A stretch of DNA of 64,000 bases, from the NCBI GenBank assembly GCA_964616855.1, contig CAZTUJ010000001.1, forward strand, positions 451,102 to 515,101, read 5' to 3'. The position numbers and the translations under genes are program-made. The notes below the pieces were generated by a model. That model worked only from the letters and a program-made list of their open reading frames with translations. It was not told the DNA's origin and did not search any database. Each line of letters starts with the position of its first letter. The stretch's first letter is position 1. Positions 8,855-17,101 of the stretch are shown one piece after another. Source of the stretch: an uncultured Gammaproteobacteria bacterium (GTDB taxonomy: Bacteria; Patescibacteriota; Patescibacteriia; Patescibacteriales; UBA12465).

Positions 8855-9691
8855 ATGAAAAAAGGAGTAATTGCAATTATCGCTGTTGTCGCCGTTCTGT
8901 TGATTGGCGCAATCGTATGGTTAGCTGTATCGCTCAGCAAATCAAATTCTGAAAAAGATGAGCTCGCCAATCAGGCTCGTAGCTCAAACACCACTGTTGC
9001 CCCGGCACCATCACCCTGCGCCGACACTGCCCAGATGAGGCTTGACGCTGAAGCAGCTGATAAAGCCGCCGCTGATGCCGCGAAAGATGCTGCAGCAAAG
9101 AAAAAGGCTCTTAAAAATGCCATCAGGAAGTGCCAACCCAATTTTGCCAACGGAGACACATCTTATGTCATTATCATCAATCAGCAGACTGGCTCTACCG
9201 GTAATAAAAGCAACAATCGCAGCACTGGTGGAAATCAGCAAAAATCATCGACCGCTAAACCCGGACAACAGGTTTCCAGTTCCTACGAAGGAGCTGACAA
9301 GCCGACTGTAGTCCAGAACTACAAGCAGAGCTCAGCAGGAGCTCAGCAATTTGTCTGGAATATTCAGGCAGACGCCAACGGCCGTCCTAATGGTGACAAA
9401 TACTGGCCCCACCTGGAGAATGCAGCCAATCCCGCACAATACGTACCTGAAGCTGTTTCGAACGGACAGCGTGGATACAATGTATCTATGCCCAGCGTTC
9501 CCCCATTTTCGACAAACTATGGCTACAACCTTGATGAAAAGGTTGCCTGGAACCTCTGCAACATCCTCGACAACCCCAAGTTTGGTGGCTCTACCAACGT
9601 AATACTTGGAGGTGACTTCACCGGCTGGCAGTGGTTACCCGCCACCATTGAAAACGTAGGAGGGAAATCCTACTACGTAGTAAGATGGTAG
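8855..9691 (+). CDS. Orphan N-terminally anchored membrane protein with low-complexity linker
   Basis: N-terminal hydrophobic helix, Ala/Lys and Ser/Gln/Asn-rich linker, globular C-terminus. Confidence 0.7.
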   Translation: MKKGVIAIIAVVAVLLIGAIVWLAVSLSKSNSEKDELANQARSSNTTVAPAPSPCADTAQMRLDAEAADKAAADAAKDAAAKKKALKNAIRKCQPNFANGDTSYVIIINQQTGSTGNKSNNRSTGGNQQKSSTAKPGQQVSSSYEGADKPTVVQNYKQSSAGAQQFVWNIQADANGRPNGDKYWPHLENAANPAQYVPEAVSNGQRGYNVSMPSVPPFSTNYGYNLDEKVAWNLCNILDNPKFGGSTNVILGGDFTGWQWLPATIENVGGKSYYVVRW

Positions 9692-9712
9692 TGACCTACT
9701 AATTGTACTTTT

Positions 9713-9753
9713 AAAAAAGACCCAGAATCAGCAATGATTCTGGGGCTTTTTTT
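9713..9753 (+). terminator. Intrinsic terminator
   Basis: CCCAGAATCA-gcaa-TGATTCTGGG then T-tract. Confidence 0.85.
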
Positions 9754-9786
9754 ATTGTCCAAGTAATTAACTAAATAGTTAAATAT

Positions 9787-9826
9787 AAAAAAACACCCTC
9801 GCTATTGAGAGCAGCGAGGGCATTTT
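9787..9826 (-). terminator. Intrinsic terminator of the 411-aa lipoprotein gene
   Basis: Minus strand CCCTCGCT...AGCGAGGG followed by GT7. Confidence 0.75.
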
Positions 9827-9861
9827 GGAAAGAGCGAGTAAACGAGTGAACAAGTTTGTGT

Positions 9862-11097
9862 TTATTCCTTTGCCGAATGGCGTATGGAAATAGTCTGAAA
9901 AGTGGTACCGTTATGGCCGCTGGTTTCAACGACCTCAACGCTTAAGAATAGGTACTTATAAACATTATCCCAGTACAGACAACTGGAGTTGTTTGGGTTA
10001 GGTGTCCCATTTTGGATGTTGGAACCAAATCGGGCCTTTTTTGGCATCTCTGAGATGGGAATCTCATACTGGCTCCAATTGGGAAAGCCGGTTGCCTGGT
10101 AGCTACTAAGCATGGGGGTACCCCAGGAGTCGTTCACATTGAACTGAATCCAGGGCAAGCAAACGGAGAAGGGTGTCTCATTATTCTGATAAATAATGAT
10201 ATTACCGTTACCGGGAAGTCCATACCGAATGTAGTTATCTCCACCTATTCCTGGCAAATCAAGCCCGCTGGAGCCATTGGGTGTTGGATCGCCATTGGCG
10301 TCCACATGATACTTAAGCATCCCCAAATTGGCGGGATTTGCCCAAATTGAGCCTTTGAAATTGGCCCATTGTTCTCCATGAAGAGCTGACAGTCGAACCA
10401 AGGGAGCGGCTTCAATGTCAGAATTCACGGCATTGTCAATGAAGACTTTGACCCAATGGCCTGTTTGGCCGCTTGGCATGGGGTAAAGCTGGTTATTCTC
10501 CATGCGGTAGTTTGTATCCGCGATGGGGATGTCCAGAAATACGGTCCAAGCCGGGCTGGTAAAGTTCCCTTTAATCTTGTAGGGTATATTATTCTCCATC
10601 CACGCTCCGTTTTTATAGATCCAAAACTCGGACCGATAGAAGCCGGGGGCGAGATAAGTTTTTCCCTTATACAAAATGGGGTCCCCATCAACACGGGGTA
10701 AACAGTTGAGATAAAGTTGCGCCTGGTGGGATCCGCCTTGCTGGTCAAAACCTATTAAAGTTACGGTCGACAGAATAAACTGCCGGCCATAGTAGTTACT
10801 TGCCAATGGATCGGTCACAACATTGTTGTTGTTGCTAAACGTCCACTGTACGGATGTCATTGGCATGGTTGAGGTGTAGGTGAAAGAATACACGTTACCA
10901 CCCTCGATGTTGATAGTATCGCTATTTAAAGCGTTGGAAGATTTGAGACCACCACCTAAGGGGCCGTCAGAGATAGCAATCTTTAGGACGCCGTCATTTT
11001 GAGGGTCCAGATTGTCAAACTCTACATATTCCTCCTTGTTACAAGAAGAGAATACAATCATTGCAATAGCCAGAATGGCCAAAAACAAATTTTTCAT
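9862..11097 (-). CDS. Orphan lipoprotein with Bacteroidota-like lipobox
   Basis: MKNLFLAILAIAMIVFSS|CNKEEY; beta-rich mature part. Confidence 0.75.
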   Translation of the reverse strand: MKNLFLAILAIAMIVFSSCNKEEYVEFDNLDPQNDGVLKIAISDGPLGGGLKSSNALNSDTINIEGGNVYSFTYTSTMPMTSVQWTFSNNNNVVTDPLASNYYGRQFILSTVTLIGFDQQGGSHQAQLYLNCLPRVDGDPILYKGKTYLAPGFYRSEFWIYKNGAWMENNIPYKIKGNFTSPAWTVFLDIPIADTNYRMENNQLYPMPSGQTGHWVKVFIDNAVNSDIEAAPLVRLSALHGEQWANFKGSIWANPANLGMLKYHVDANGDPTPNGSSGLDLPGIGGDNYIRYGLPGNGNIIIYQNNETPFSVCLPWIQFNVNDSWGTPMLSSYQATGFPNWSQYEIPISEMPKKARFGSNIQNGTPNPNNSSCLYWDNVYKYLFLSVEVVETSGHNGTTFQTISIRHSAKE

Positions 11098-11225
11098 CGT
11101 TTATTGAATTTAGTGAAACACTCGGATTAACTTCTCAAGATGACTTTGTTAAAAATCATCTTGAGTGTCAATCCGAATAACTAAATTATTTGGCAAAGGA
11201 CGAAATTATCTAAAAATAATTCTTA

Positions 11226-12320
11226 TTACTTTAAAAGGCTTTGATAGCTTGCCAAAGTTGTGGCCGCCACTTGGCGCCAATCATATTCTCGACAAGCCCG
11301 CTCGTAGGCAGCCAGGGCCTTTACTTGCGCCTCTTCTGGATGTTCTAAAATATAGTTCAATTTCACTTCTAAATCGCGTTCGTCCCGGCTCCGGAAGAAA
11401 AAGCCAGTATCAGCCAAAGCTTCGCGGTTACCCGGAATATCACTGGCCAAACAAGCACTGCCGTGGCCCATGGCTTCAAGGAGTGATAAAGATAATCCTT
11501 CCATTTCTGAGGTTTGGGCAAATAGATAAGCGTTAGCATATAATTGACGCAGAGCTTCGCCGTTTTGATTATCAATAAAGATAATCCGGGGATCACCAGC
11601 CGCTAGTTTCTTCAATTCTGATTCATATTCGCCATCACCAGCAATAACCAGCTTCTTATCAGTCTGTAGACGCTTAAAGACGGGAATTAGATATTGTAAA
11701 CCTTTTAGCTTGATTAAACGGGAAGCACTGAAGATATAAGAACCCTTGCTTAAGCCCCAAAATTTCAATGTGGTTTCTGCCTGTTCGCGTCCAAGTTCGG
11801 TGCCATTAGGAATCAGGGCGCATTCGCGTCCATATTTCTGACGAGCATACTCTTGGGTGGTTGGGGTTAAGACAATCACGGCGTCCGCTAATTGAAACAT
11901 CATCTTTTCTCCCAAACGGAGCATTAACTTAGCGAAACGGCTCCATTTTTCATTATCATAGTCAAAGCTATGGAGCGTGGCTACTAATTTAGCGCGAGGA
12001 CAGAAAATTTTTGGTAACCAAAGCAAAAGGGAGGGACCAACACCGTGATAATGAATAATATCAGGACGGCGGCGCAAAACATCCAAACTAGCAAAAAAGG
12101 TATGAGTGATGTTGGCTAAATTCTTCTGATTGATAAAAGGCTTATACAGCAACTGAACGCCATTAAAATCTTTCAGTTTCACGGGCGTATAGCCGCGCCG
12201 ATTATATACTAAAACTTCATGGCCCAAAAGATGTAACTGAGCGCTCAAAAACTGCACATGTCTTTCGACACCGCCGTTTTTTGCTGGTATTCCTTTTTGG
12301 CCGATGAAAGCGATTTTCAT
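11226..12320 (-). CDS. Glycosyltransferase family 4
   Basis: MKIAFIGQKGIPA..GGVERHV, SEMEGLSLSLLEAM. Confidence 0.9.
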   Translation of the reverse strand: MKIAFIGQKGIPAKNGGVERHVQFLSAQLHLLGHEVLVYNRRGYTPVKLKDFNGVQLLYKPFINQKNLANITHTFFASLDVLRRRPDIIHYHGVGPSLLLWLPKIFCPRAKLVATLHSFDYDNEKWSRFAKLMLRLGEKMMFQLADAVIVLTPTTQEYARQKYGRECALIPNGTELGREQAETTLKFWGLSKGSYIFSASRLIKLKGLQYLIPVFKRLQTDKKLVIAGDGEYESELKKLAAGDPRIIFIDNQNGEALRQLYANAYLFAQTSEMEGLSLSLLEAMGHGSACLASDIPGNREALADTGFFFRSRDERDLEVKLNYILEHPEEAQVKALAAYERACREYDWRQVAATTLASYQSLLK

Positions 12321-12344
12321 AGCTATATATATTGTTAACTTATA

Positions 12345-12415
12345 AAAGTATCAGTTATTTGTAATCTTGTCAATTAATAATATTAAATTATAACAAAAAG
12401 TATTATTTTTGTCAA
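12345..12415 (-). promoter_or_regulatory. Tandem sigma70 promoters
   Basis: TTGACA(12415)-17-TATAAT with upstream TG, and TTGACA(12373)-17-TACTTT. Confidence 0.7.
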
Positions 12416-12433
12416 TAGTAAATAAAGCCTAAC

Positions 12434-12464
12434 AAAAAAGAATATCTTTTAAAGATATTCTTTT
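12434..12464 (-). terminator. Probable intrinsic terminator after corA
   Basis: AAAAGAATATCT..AGATATTCTTTT inverted repeat with T-tract. Confidence 0.55.
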
Positions 12465-12498
12465 AATATAAGCTAAAAATCTAATTTATAGATAAATC

Positions 12499-13464
12499 CT
12501 AGGACAGCCAATTCTTTTTCTTAAAATACCTTAACATCGCCAAAGAACCGGTGCCCATAATTAAGAGAATTACCCAGAAACCATAGCGCTGATCCACGAA
12601 AGGCATATACTTAGCATTCATGCCGAAGATGGCGGCTAATAGCGTGAGAGGGAAAACAATAACTGAAAATAGGGTTAAGGTCTTCATGATATTATTCATG
12701 CGGTCATTAAGCAGGGACTCATTGGTATCATTTAAAACCTCCACCATCTCTTTCTGATTATCCAACATCTCCCAAATACGCTTAGAATGTTCGACTAAAT
12801 GTCCGTATTGCTTCTTCAAAGCTTCGGGGGAAACCAGGCTACTCTTCATACTCATTAATTTCTGTAAAATATTTTTATGATTTTGCATAATCTTACGAAT
12901 ATTGATGATGTTGCGGCGAAGATTCAAAATTTTAGCAACCGCGTCTTTCTGGTGCTGTCCGAAAATAAGATCTTCAACCTCTTCAATCGCTAAGCTATTT
13001 TGGTCAATTAAGAGATAGCAAGATTTTAAAAGGCGGTCCAAAATTTCATACAATAGCGTAGCGGATGACTCGGTCGTATAAGACAAGAGTAGATTAGGGT
13101 CTTTCTTGGCAATATTAAAAAAGTCACCTAAAGCGGGGATATTATCATTATGCAAACTAACTAAATAGCCGTGACCAATAAAAAATTCAATTTCGCCAGC
13201 AATCACTTTACCCTTGAAAAAGGTAGGGAAGTGTAAGATTAAAAAGAGATAGCCATTTTCGGCGGCCACCATCGGCCGCTGGGAAAAAACTGTAGCTACC
13301 GAAGCGTGTAAATGCTCAAGATTAAAATCATATTCTTTCCGCAAAAAATCAATTTCTTTACGACTAGCATCAACAATATTTAACCAAACCAGCGATTGTT
13401 CATTACCAGGGCGATCAATCGTTAATTTTTCAATTTTAGAACCTATTTTTTTATAATTTCCCAT
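12499..13464 (-). CDS. corA: CorA-family Mg2+ transporter
   Basis: 'N.IMKTLT...PLTLLAAIFGMN' with two C-terminal TM helices. Confidence 0.9.
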   Translation of the reverse strand: MGNYKKIGSKIEKLTIDRPGNEQSLVWLNIVDASRKEIDFLRKEYDFNLEHLHASVATVFSQRPMVAAENGYLFLILHFPTFFKGKVIAGEIEFFIGHGYLVSLHNDNIPALGDFFNIAKKDPNLLLSYTTESSATLLYEILDRLLKSCYLLIDQNSLAIEEVEDLIFGQHQKDAVAKILNLRRNIINIRKIMQNHKNILQKLMSMKSSLVSPEALKKQYGHLVEHSKRIWEMLDNQKEMVEVLNDTNESLLNDRMNNIMKTLTLFSVIVFPLTLLAAIFGMNAKYMPFVDQRYGFWVILLIMGTGSLAMLRYFKKKNWLS

Positions 13465-13498
13465 AGAAGCAGAGCGCGGTAACCGCTAAATATTAACT

Positions 13499-13527
13499 TT
13501 GACGGCACCGTCTTTTTGTAATAAAAT
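13499..13527 (+). promoter_or_regulatory. sigma70 promoter
   Basis: TTGACG-17-TAAAAT. Confidence 0.6.
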
Positions 13528-13589
13528 AAGGATAGTTTTATAAACCTATTATAGCAGAAATAAAAAGAGCGAGAAAGAGATTACTACTT

Positions 13590-14771
13590 ATGGCTATAAT
13601 CCTAGGAATCAACACCGGTGAAATTAGCTGGTCCGAGCTTAAAGGCCGCTTGGCGTCTTTTTATAATGACCGACTACCACATCAACTGGTAACCCCTAAT
13701 CCTGAAATTATCCTTAAAGCCCAAAAAGATGAGGAATTATTCTATATTCTTAACCGCGCAGATTTATCCTTAGCGGATGGTTTCGGCTTAAAAATAGCGG
13801 CCAAAATCAGCGGCCAAAAATTATATCGCTGCACCGGTGCTGACCTCTTGCCTTATCTTCTTCAAGAAGCCGAGGGAAAAAGGCGCGTCAGCATTATTAA
13901 TCGCCACGATGGTTTATCCTCAAGTCAAGATTTAGAAAAATATTTAAAGACTAATTATCCTCGCTTAGAATACCAAATTTTAGATAGTCCCAAAAAGATA
14001 TCACCAAGCGAAGAAGATATAATGAGCGTCCAAGCCTTTAATCCGAACTTGGCCATCTGTCTCTTCGGTGCCCCAGAACAAGAAAAATATCTTTTTCAGC
14101 TCCAAGAAAAATTAGTACAAATATCCTTGAGCGTGGGCTTAGGGGGAGCTTTTGATTTTTTGACCGGTAAATTAAAACGGGCGCCGCAACTCTGGCGCAA
14201 TCTCGGCCTGGAATGGTTTTGGCGATTTATCCAACAACCCTGGCGCTGGCAACGCATTTGGCGAGCAACAATGGTCTTTTCTAGGAAAGTTCTTTATTGG
14301 CGTTTTATCATGCCCCATCTTTATCGCCCCAACGTGGCTGTATTGATGTATAAATCCGGGAAAGATGGTCGTGAGATTTTTATTGTTGAAAGGCAGGATC
14401 GAGAGAGCCACTGGCAATTACCCCAGGGTGGTTTAGATGGAGAAGATATTGCCGTTGCTGGCGCCAAAGAGTTAAGGGAAGAGAGCGGTGCTAAAAATTT
14501 TAAAATTATCAAAGTCTACAAAAATCTTTATCGCTACCAATTTAACAAAGAAACGGGCAAAGATATTTTACAGCGCCATTTCGGCTATCGCGGCCAAAAA
14601 CAAAGCCTGCTGATTGTAGAATTTCAGGGCAAAGACACGGAATTAAAGATTAATTATTGGGATCATCGCGCTTGGCGCTGGATTAAAGAAGAATATTTAC
14701 TTACGCACATTCATCCTTGCCGGCAAGCAGCGGCTAAAATTTATTTAGAAAAATTAAAAGAAGCTGTCTAA
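13590..14771 (+). CDS. WecG/TagA/CpsF (GT26) glycosyltransferase fused to RppH-like Nudix hydrolase
   Basis: N-part: VTPNPE, ADG.G, GAPEQE, GLGGAFD, RAP..GLEW. C-part: YRPNV, WQLPQGG, ELREESG, YRGQKQ. Confidence 0.85.
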   Translation: MAIILGINTGEISWSELKGRLASFYNDRLPHQLVTPNPEIILKAQKDEELFYILNRADLSLADGFGLKIAAKISGQKLYRCTGADLLPYLLQEAEGKRRVSIINRHDGLSSSQDLEKYLKTNYPRLEYQILDSPKKISPSEEDIMSVQAFNPNLAICLFGAPEQEKYLFQLQEKLVQISLSVGLGGAFDFLTGKLKRAPQLWRNLGLEWFWRFIQQPWRWQRIWRATMVFSRKVLYWRFIMPHLYRPNVAVLMYKSGKDGREIFIVERQDRESHWQLPQGGLDGEDIAVAGAKELREESGAKNFKIIKVYKNLYRYQFNKETGKDILQRHFGYRGQKQSLLIVEFQGKDTELKINYWDHRAWRWIKEEYLLTHIHPCRQAAAKIYLEKLKEAV

Positions 14772-14777
14772 AAAAAT

Positions 14778-15758
14778 ATGAAAAAAATTAATTGGCGAAA
14801 GAAAGTCAGACTCCCTTTAAGCTTAGCCATACTAGCTTTACTTGCTCTAATTACTCTAAGTAGTGTCACCATCTATACTTATTCTTTAAATAATAAAAAA
14901 ATTAATCAAGAAAAAAAAGAAATCCATCAAGGCGGCTATAAATATATTAGCCCGCTACTAGAATGTGCTGACTTCGAATATAAAAATAGGGCAGACTTAG
15001 AAGAAAGTATCTCCGAATTAATTGATGAAGAAATAAAAAAGGGTGATGTTAATTTTATTAGCCTTTATTTCCGAGATTTAAACAACGGTCCTTGGATTGG
15101 TATTAATGAAAAAGAAACTTTTACACCAGCTAGTCTTTTAAAAGTGCCGCTGATGATTGCCTATCTCAAAATTGCCGAAAAGGATCCCAGCATCCTAGAA
15201 AAAAAAATCTTAACTGAAAACAATCAGAATCTTCTCTCTCAAAATATCATTCCTTTACGGACAGTCGAGGCTGGCAAAGAATATAAAGTTGAAGAACTAA
15301 TGGAATATATGATTATTTATTCCGATAATCTTGCCGCCGATGCACTCTTGCGTCATATTGACCTGGAGTCTTTAAATAATACTTATAGCGACTTAGGGAT
15401 TTCTGCCCCCGATGGCAAAGTTGACGATTTTATGAGCGTCCGTGACTATTCTTCATTTTTTCGCATTCTCTATAACGCCTCCTATTTAAACCACGAAATG
15501 TCGGAAAAAGCTTTAAAAATTCTTACCAAATCTCAATTTGTACAAGGACTGACCGCGGGCGTGCCCGCCCAAGTAGAAATTGCTCATAAATTTGGGGAGC
15601 GCATTTCTGGAGATAAAAAACAATTACATGATTGTGGAATTATTTACAAAGAAAACAGTCCTTATTTGCTTTGTGTTATGACTAGAGGGCAAGATTTCAG
15701 TAAAATGGGTGAAGTAATTAGAGATATTTCCGCCTTAGTTTATAAAGAATTTAAATAA
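14778..15758 (+). CDS. Class A beta-lactamase-like serine hydrolase, membrane anchored
   Basis: SLLK (SxxK), SDN, HKFG motifs. Confidence 0.85.
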   Translation: MKKINWRKKVRLPLSLAILALLALITLSSVTIYTYSLNNKKINQEKKEIHQGGYKYISPLLECADFEYKNRADLEESISELIDEEIKKGDVNFISLYFRDLNNGPWIGINEKETFTPASLLKVPLMIAYLKIAEKDPSILEKKILTENNQNLLSQNIIPLRTVEAGKEYKVEELMEYMIIYSDNLAADALLRHIDLESLNNTYSDLGISAPDGKVDDFMSVRDYSSFFRILYNASYLNHEMSEKALKILTKSQFVQGLTAGVPAQVEIAHKFGERISGDKKQLHDCGIIYKENSPYLLCVMTRGQDFSKMGEVIRDISALVYKEFK

Positions 15759-15759
15759 T

Positions 15760-15788
15760 TTTACAAAATTGTGAAAAAATGTTATAAT
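15760..15788 (+). promoter_or_regulatory. sigma70 promoter, probably leaderless transcript
   Basis: TTTACA-17-TATAAT with upstream TG; ATG 6 nt downstream. Confidence 0.65.
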
Positions 15789-15794
15789 AGCAAC

Positions 15795-17042
15795 ATGACT
15801 AAAAAAATAAAATTTTACAGTGGCACCGTTGGCGGTATTGTTATTTTTGCGCTAATTTTTAGTTTTTACCAAGCCAATAATGCTCGCAGCGAAGACGATG
15901 ATCTCCTTAATATTGAGATCCAACAATTAAATACGCAAATCCAAGCCCAAAAACAACAACTAGACGCCATTGCTGCTAAACAAAAAGACTACAGCACTGC
16001 CATTGCCGCTAAACAAGCGGAAAAAAACAACCTTAACTCTCAATTAGAAATTCTGGAAACTCGTGCCGCGAAAGCGCAATTAGAAATTGAAAGTGCGAAT
16101 TTAGAAATCAGTAAAACCGATTTGGAAGCCAGAAAGATATCCTTAGATATTATTGATACTAATAGCCGCATCGACCAGCAGAAAGAGCATATCAGCAAAT
16201 TATTGCGTTTAGTTTATAAACAAGATCAAATCTCGGCTCTAGAAATATTGCTTCTTAATGATTCTATTTCCGAATTTCTTAATCAGTCAAAATATCTAGA
16301 AAATGCTAATGAAGAGTTACGCAACAGCTTAGCTAAATTACAAAACGACAAAGACCGACTAGATAAAGCCCAAATAGACGTCCAGGAAAAAGCGGAGACT
16401 TTAAATAAATTAAAAAAATCTTTAGAAGAAAAAAAGGCACAACTAGCCTATGAGCAAGAAGAAAAGAACTATCTCTTAGAAGAAACTCGCTCTTCCGAAA
16501 AAGCTTATCAAGACTTATTACAACAAGCCAAAAGAGAGGCGGCCCAAGCAGCTGCAGAAATCTCTAGTCTGGAAAACACCATCCGTAATAAGATGGCCCA
16601 AAAAGATAAGGACCGTTTAGAAAGTAGCGACAGTACTTTAACTTGGCCGGTGCCAGGAAGAACGATTACCGCTACTTTTCACGACCCCGATTATCCTTTT
16701 CGTCGCATTATTGGCGAACACTCCGGCGTGGATATCCGCTCCAAGCAGGGAAGCCCGCTCTACGCAGCGGCTGACGGCTATGTCGCTAGAGTTAAGTTCG
16801 ACGGCTCCACGGCCTACGCTTATATCATGATTGTTCACAATGATGGCATTTCTACAGTTTATGGTCACGTTTCTGGGGTCAATGTCGCAGCCGATCAATA
16901 TGTCACCAAAGGTCAGCTTATTGGCAGAACTGGCGGTGGTGCGGGCATGCCCGGCTCCGGTCCTTTCTCTACCGGCGCCCACCTCCACTTTGAGGTGCGT
17001 AAAGGTGGCATCCCTGTTAATCCCCTTAATTATCTCCCTTAA
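15795..17042 (+). CDS. Coiled-coil M23 peptidoglycan endopeptidase
   Basis: Signal/TM, long coiled coil, HSGVD and HLHFEVR zinc motifs. Confidence 0.9.
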   Translation: MTKKIKFYSGTVGGIVIFALIFSFYQANNARSEDDDLLNIEIQQLNTQIQAQKQQLDAIAAKQKDYSTAIAAKQAEKNNLNSQLEILETRAAKAQLEIESANLEISKTDLEARKISLDIIDTNSRIDQQKEHISKLLRLVYKQDQISALEILLLNDSISEFLNQSKYLENANEELRNSLAKLQNDKDRLDKAQIDVQEKAETLNKLKKSLEEKKAQLAYEQEEKNYLLEETRSSEKAYQDLLQQAKREAAQAAAEISSLENTIRNKMAQKDKDRLESSDSTLTWPVPGRTITATFHDPDYPFRRIIGEHSGVDIRSKQGSPLYAAADGYVARVKFDGSTAYAYIMIVHNDGISTVYGHVSGVNVAADQYVTKGQLIGRTGGGAGMPGSGPFSTGAHLHFEVRKGGIPVNPLNYLP

Positions 17043-17059
17043 TCCTTGATTAAAAAAAT

Positions 17060-17090
17060 AAAGACCTCGCCCTGATAGGCGAGGTCTTTT
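17060..17090. terminator. Bidirectional terminator
   Basis: AAAGACCTCGCCT-gat-AGGCGAGGTCTTT. Confidence 0.8.
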
Positions 17091-17101
17091 GAAATCTAAA
17101 A

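Noticed and set aside
7844-11187. Hairpins as integron attC sites with the tyrosine recombinase as IntI
   Set aside because: No proper RYYYAAC...GTTRRRY pairs, the hairpins lie upstream of convergent genes, and the recombinase lacks the IntI insertion.
14778-15758. Antibiotic-resistance beta-lactamase
   Set aside because: Membrane-anchored, HKFG rather than KTG, no clear omega-loop Glu; the family is common in CPR and resistance cannot be inferred.
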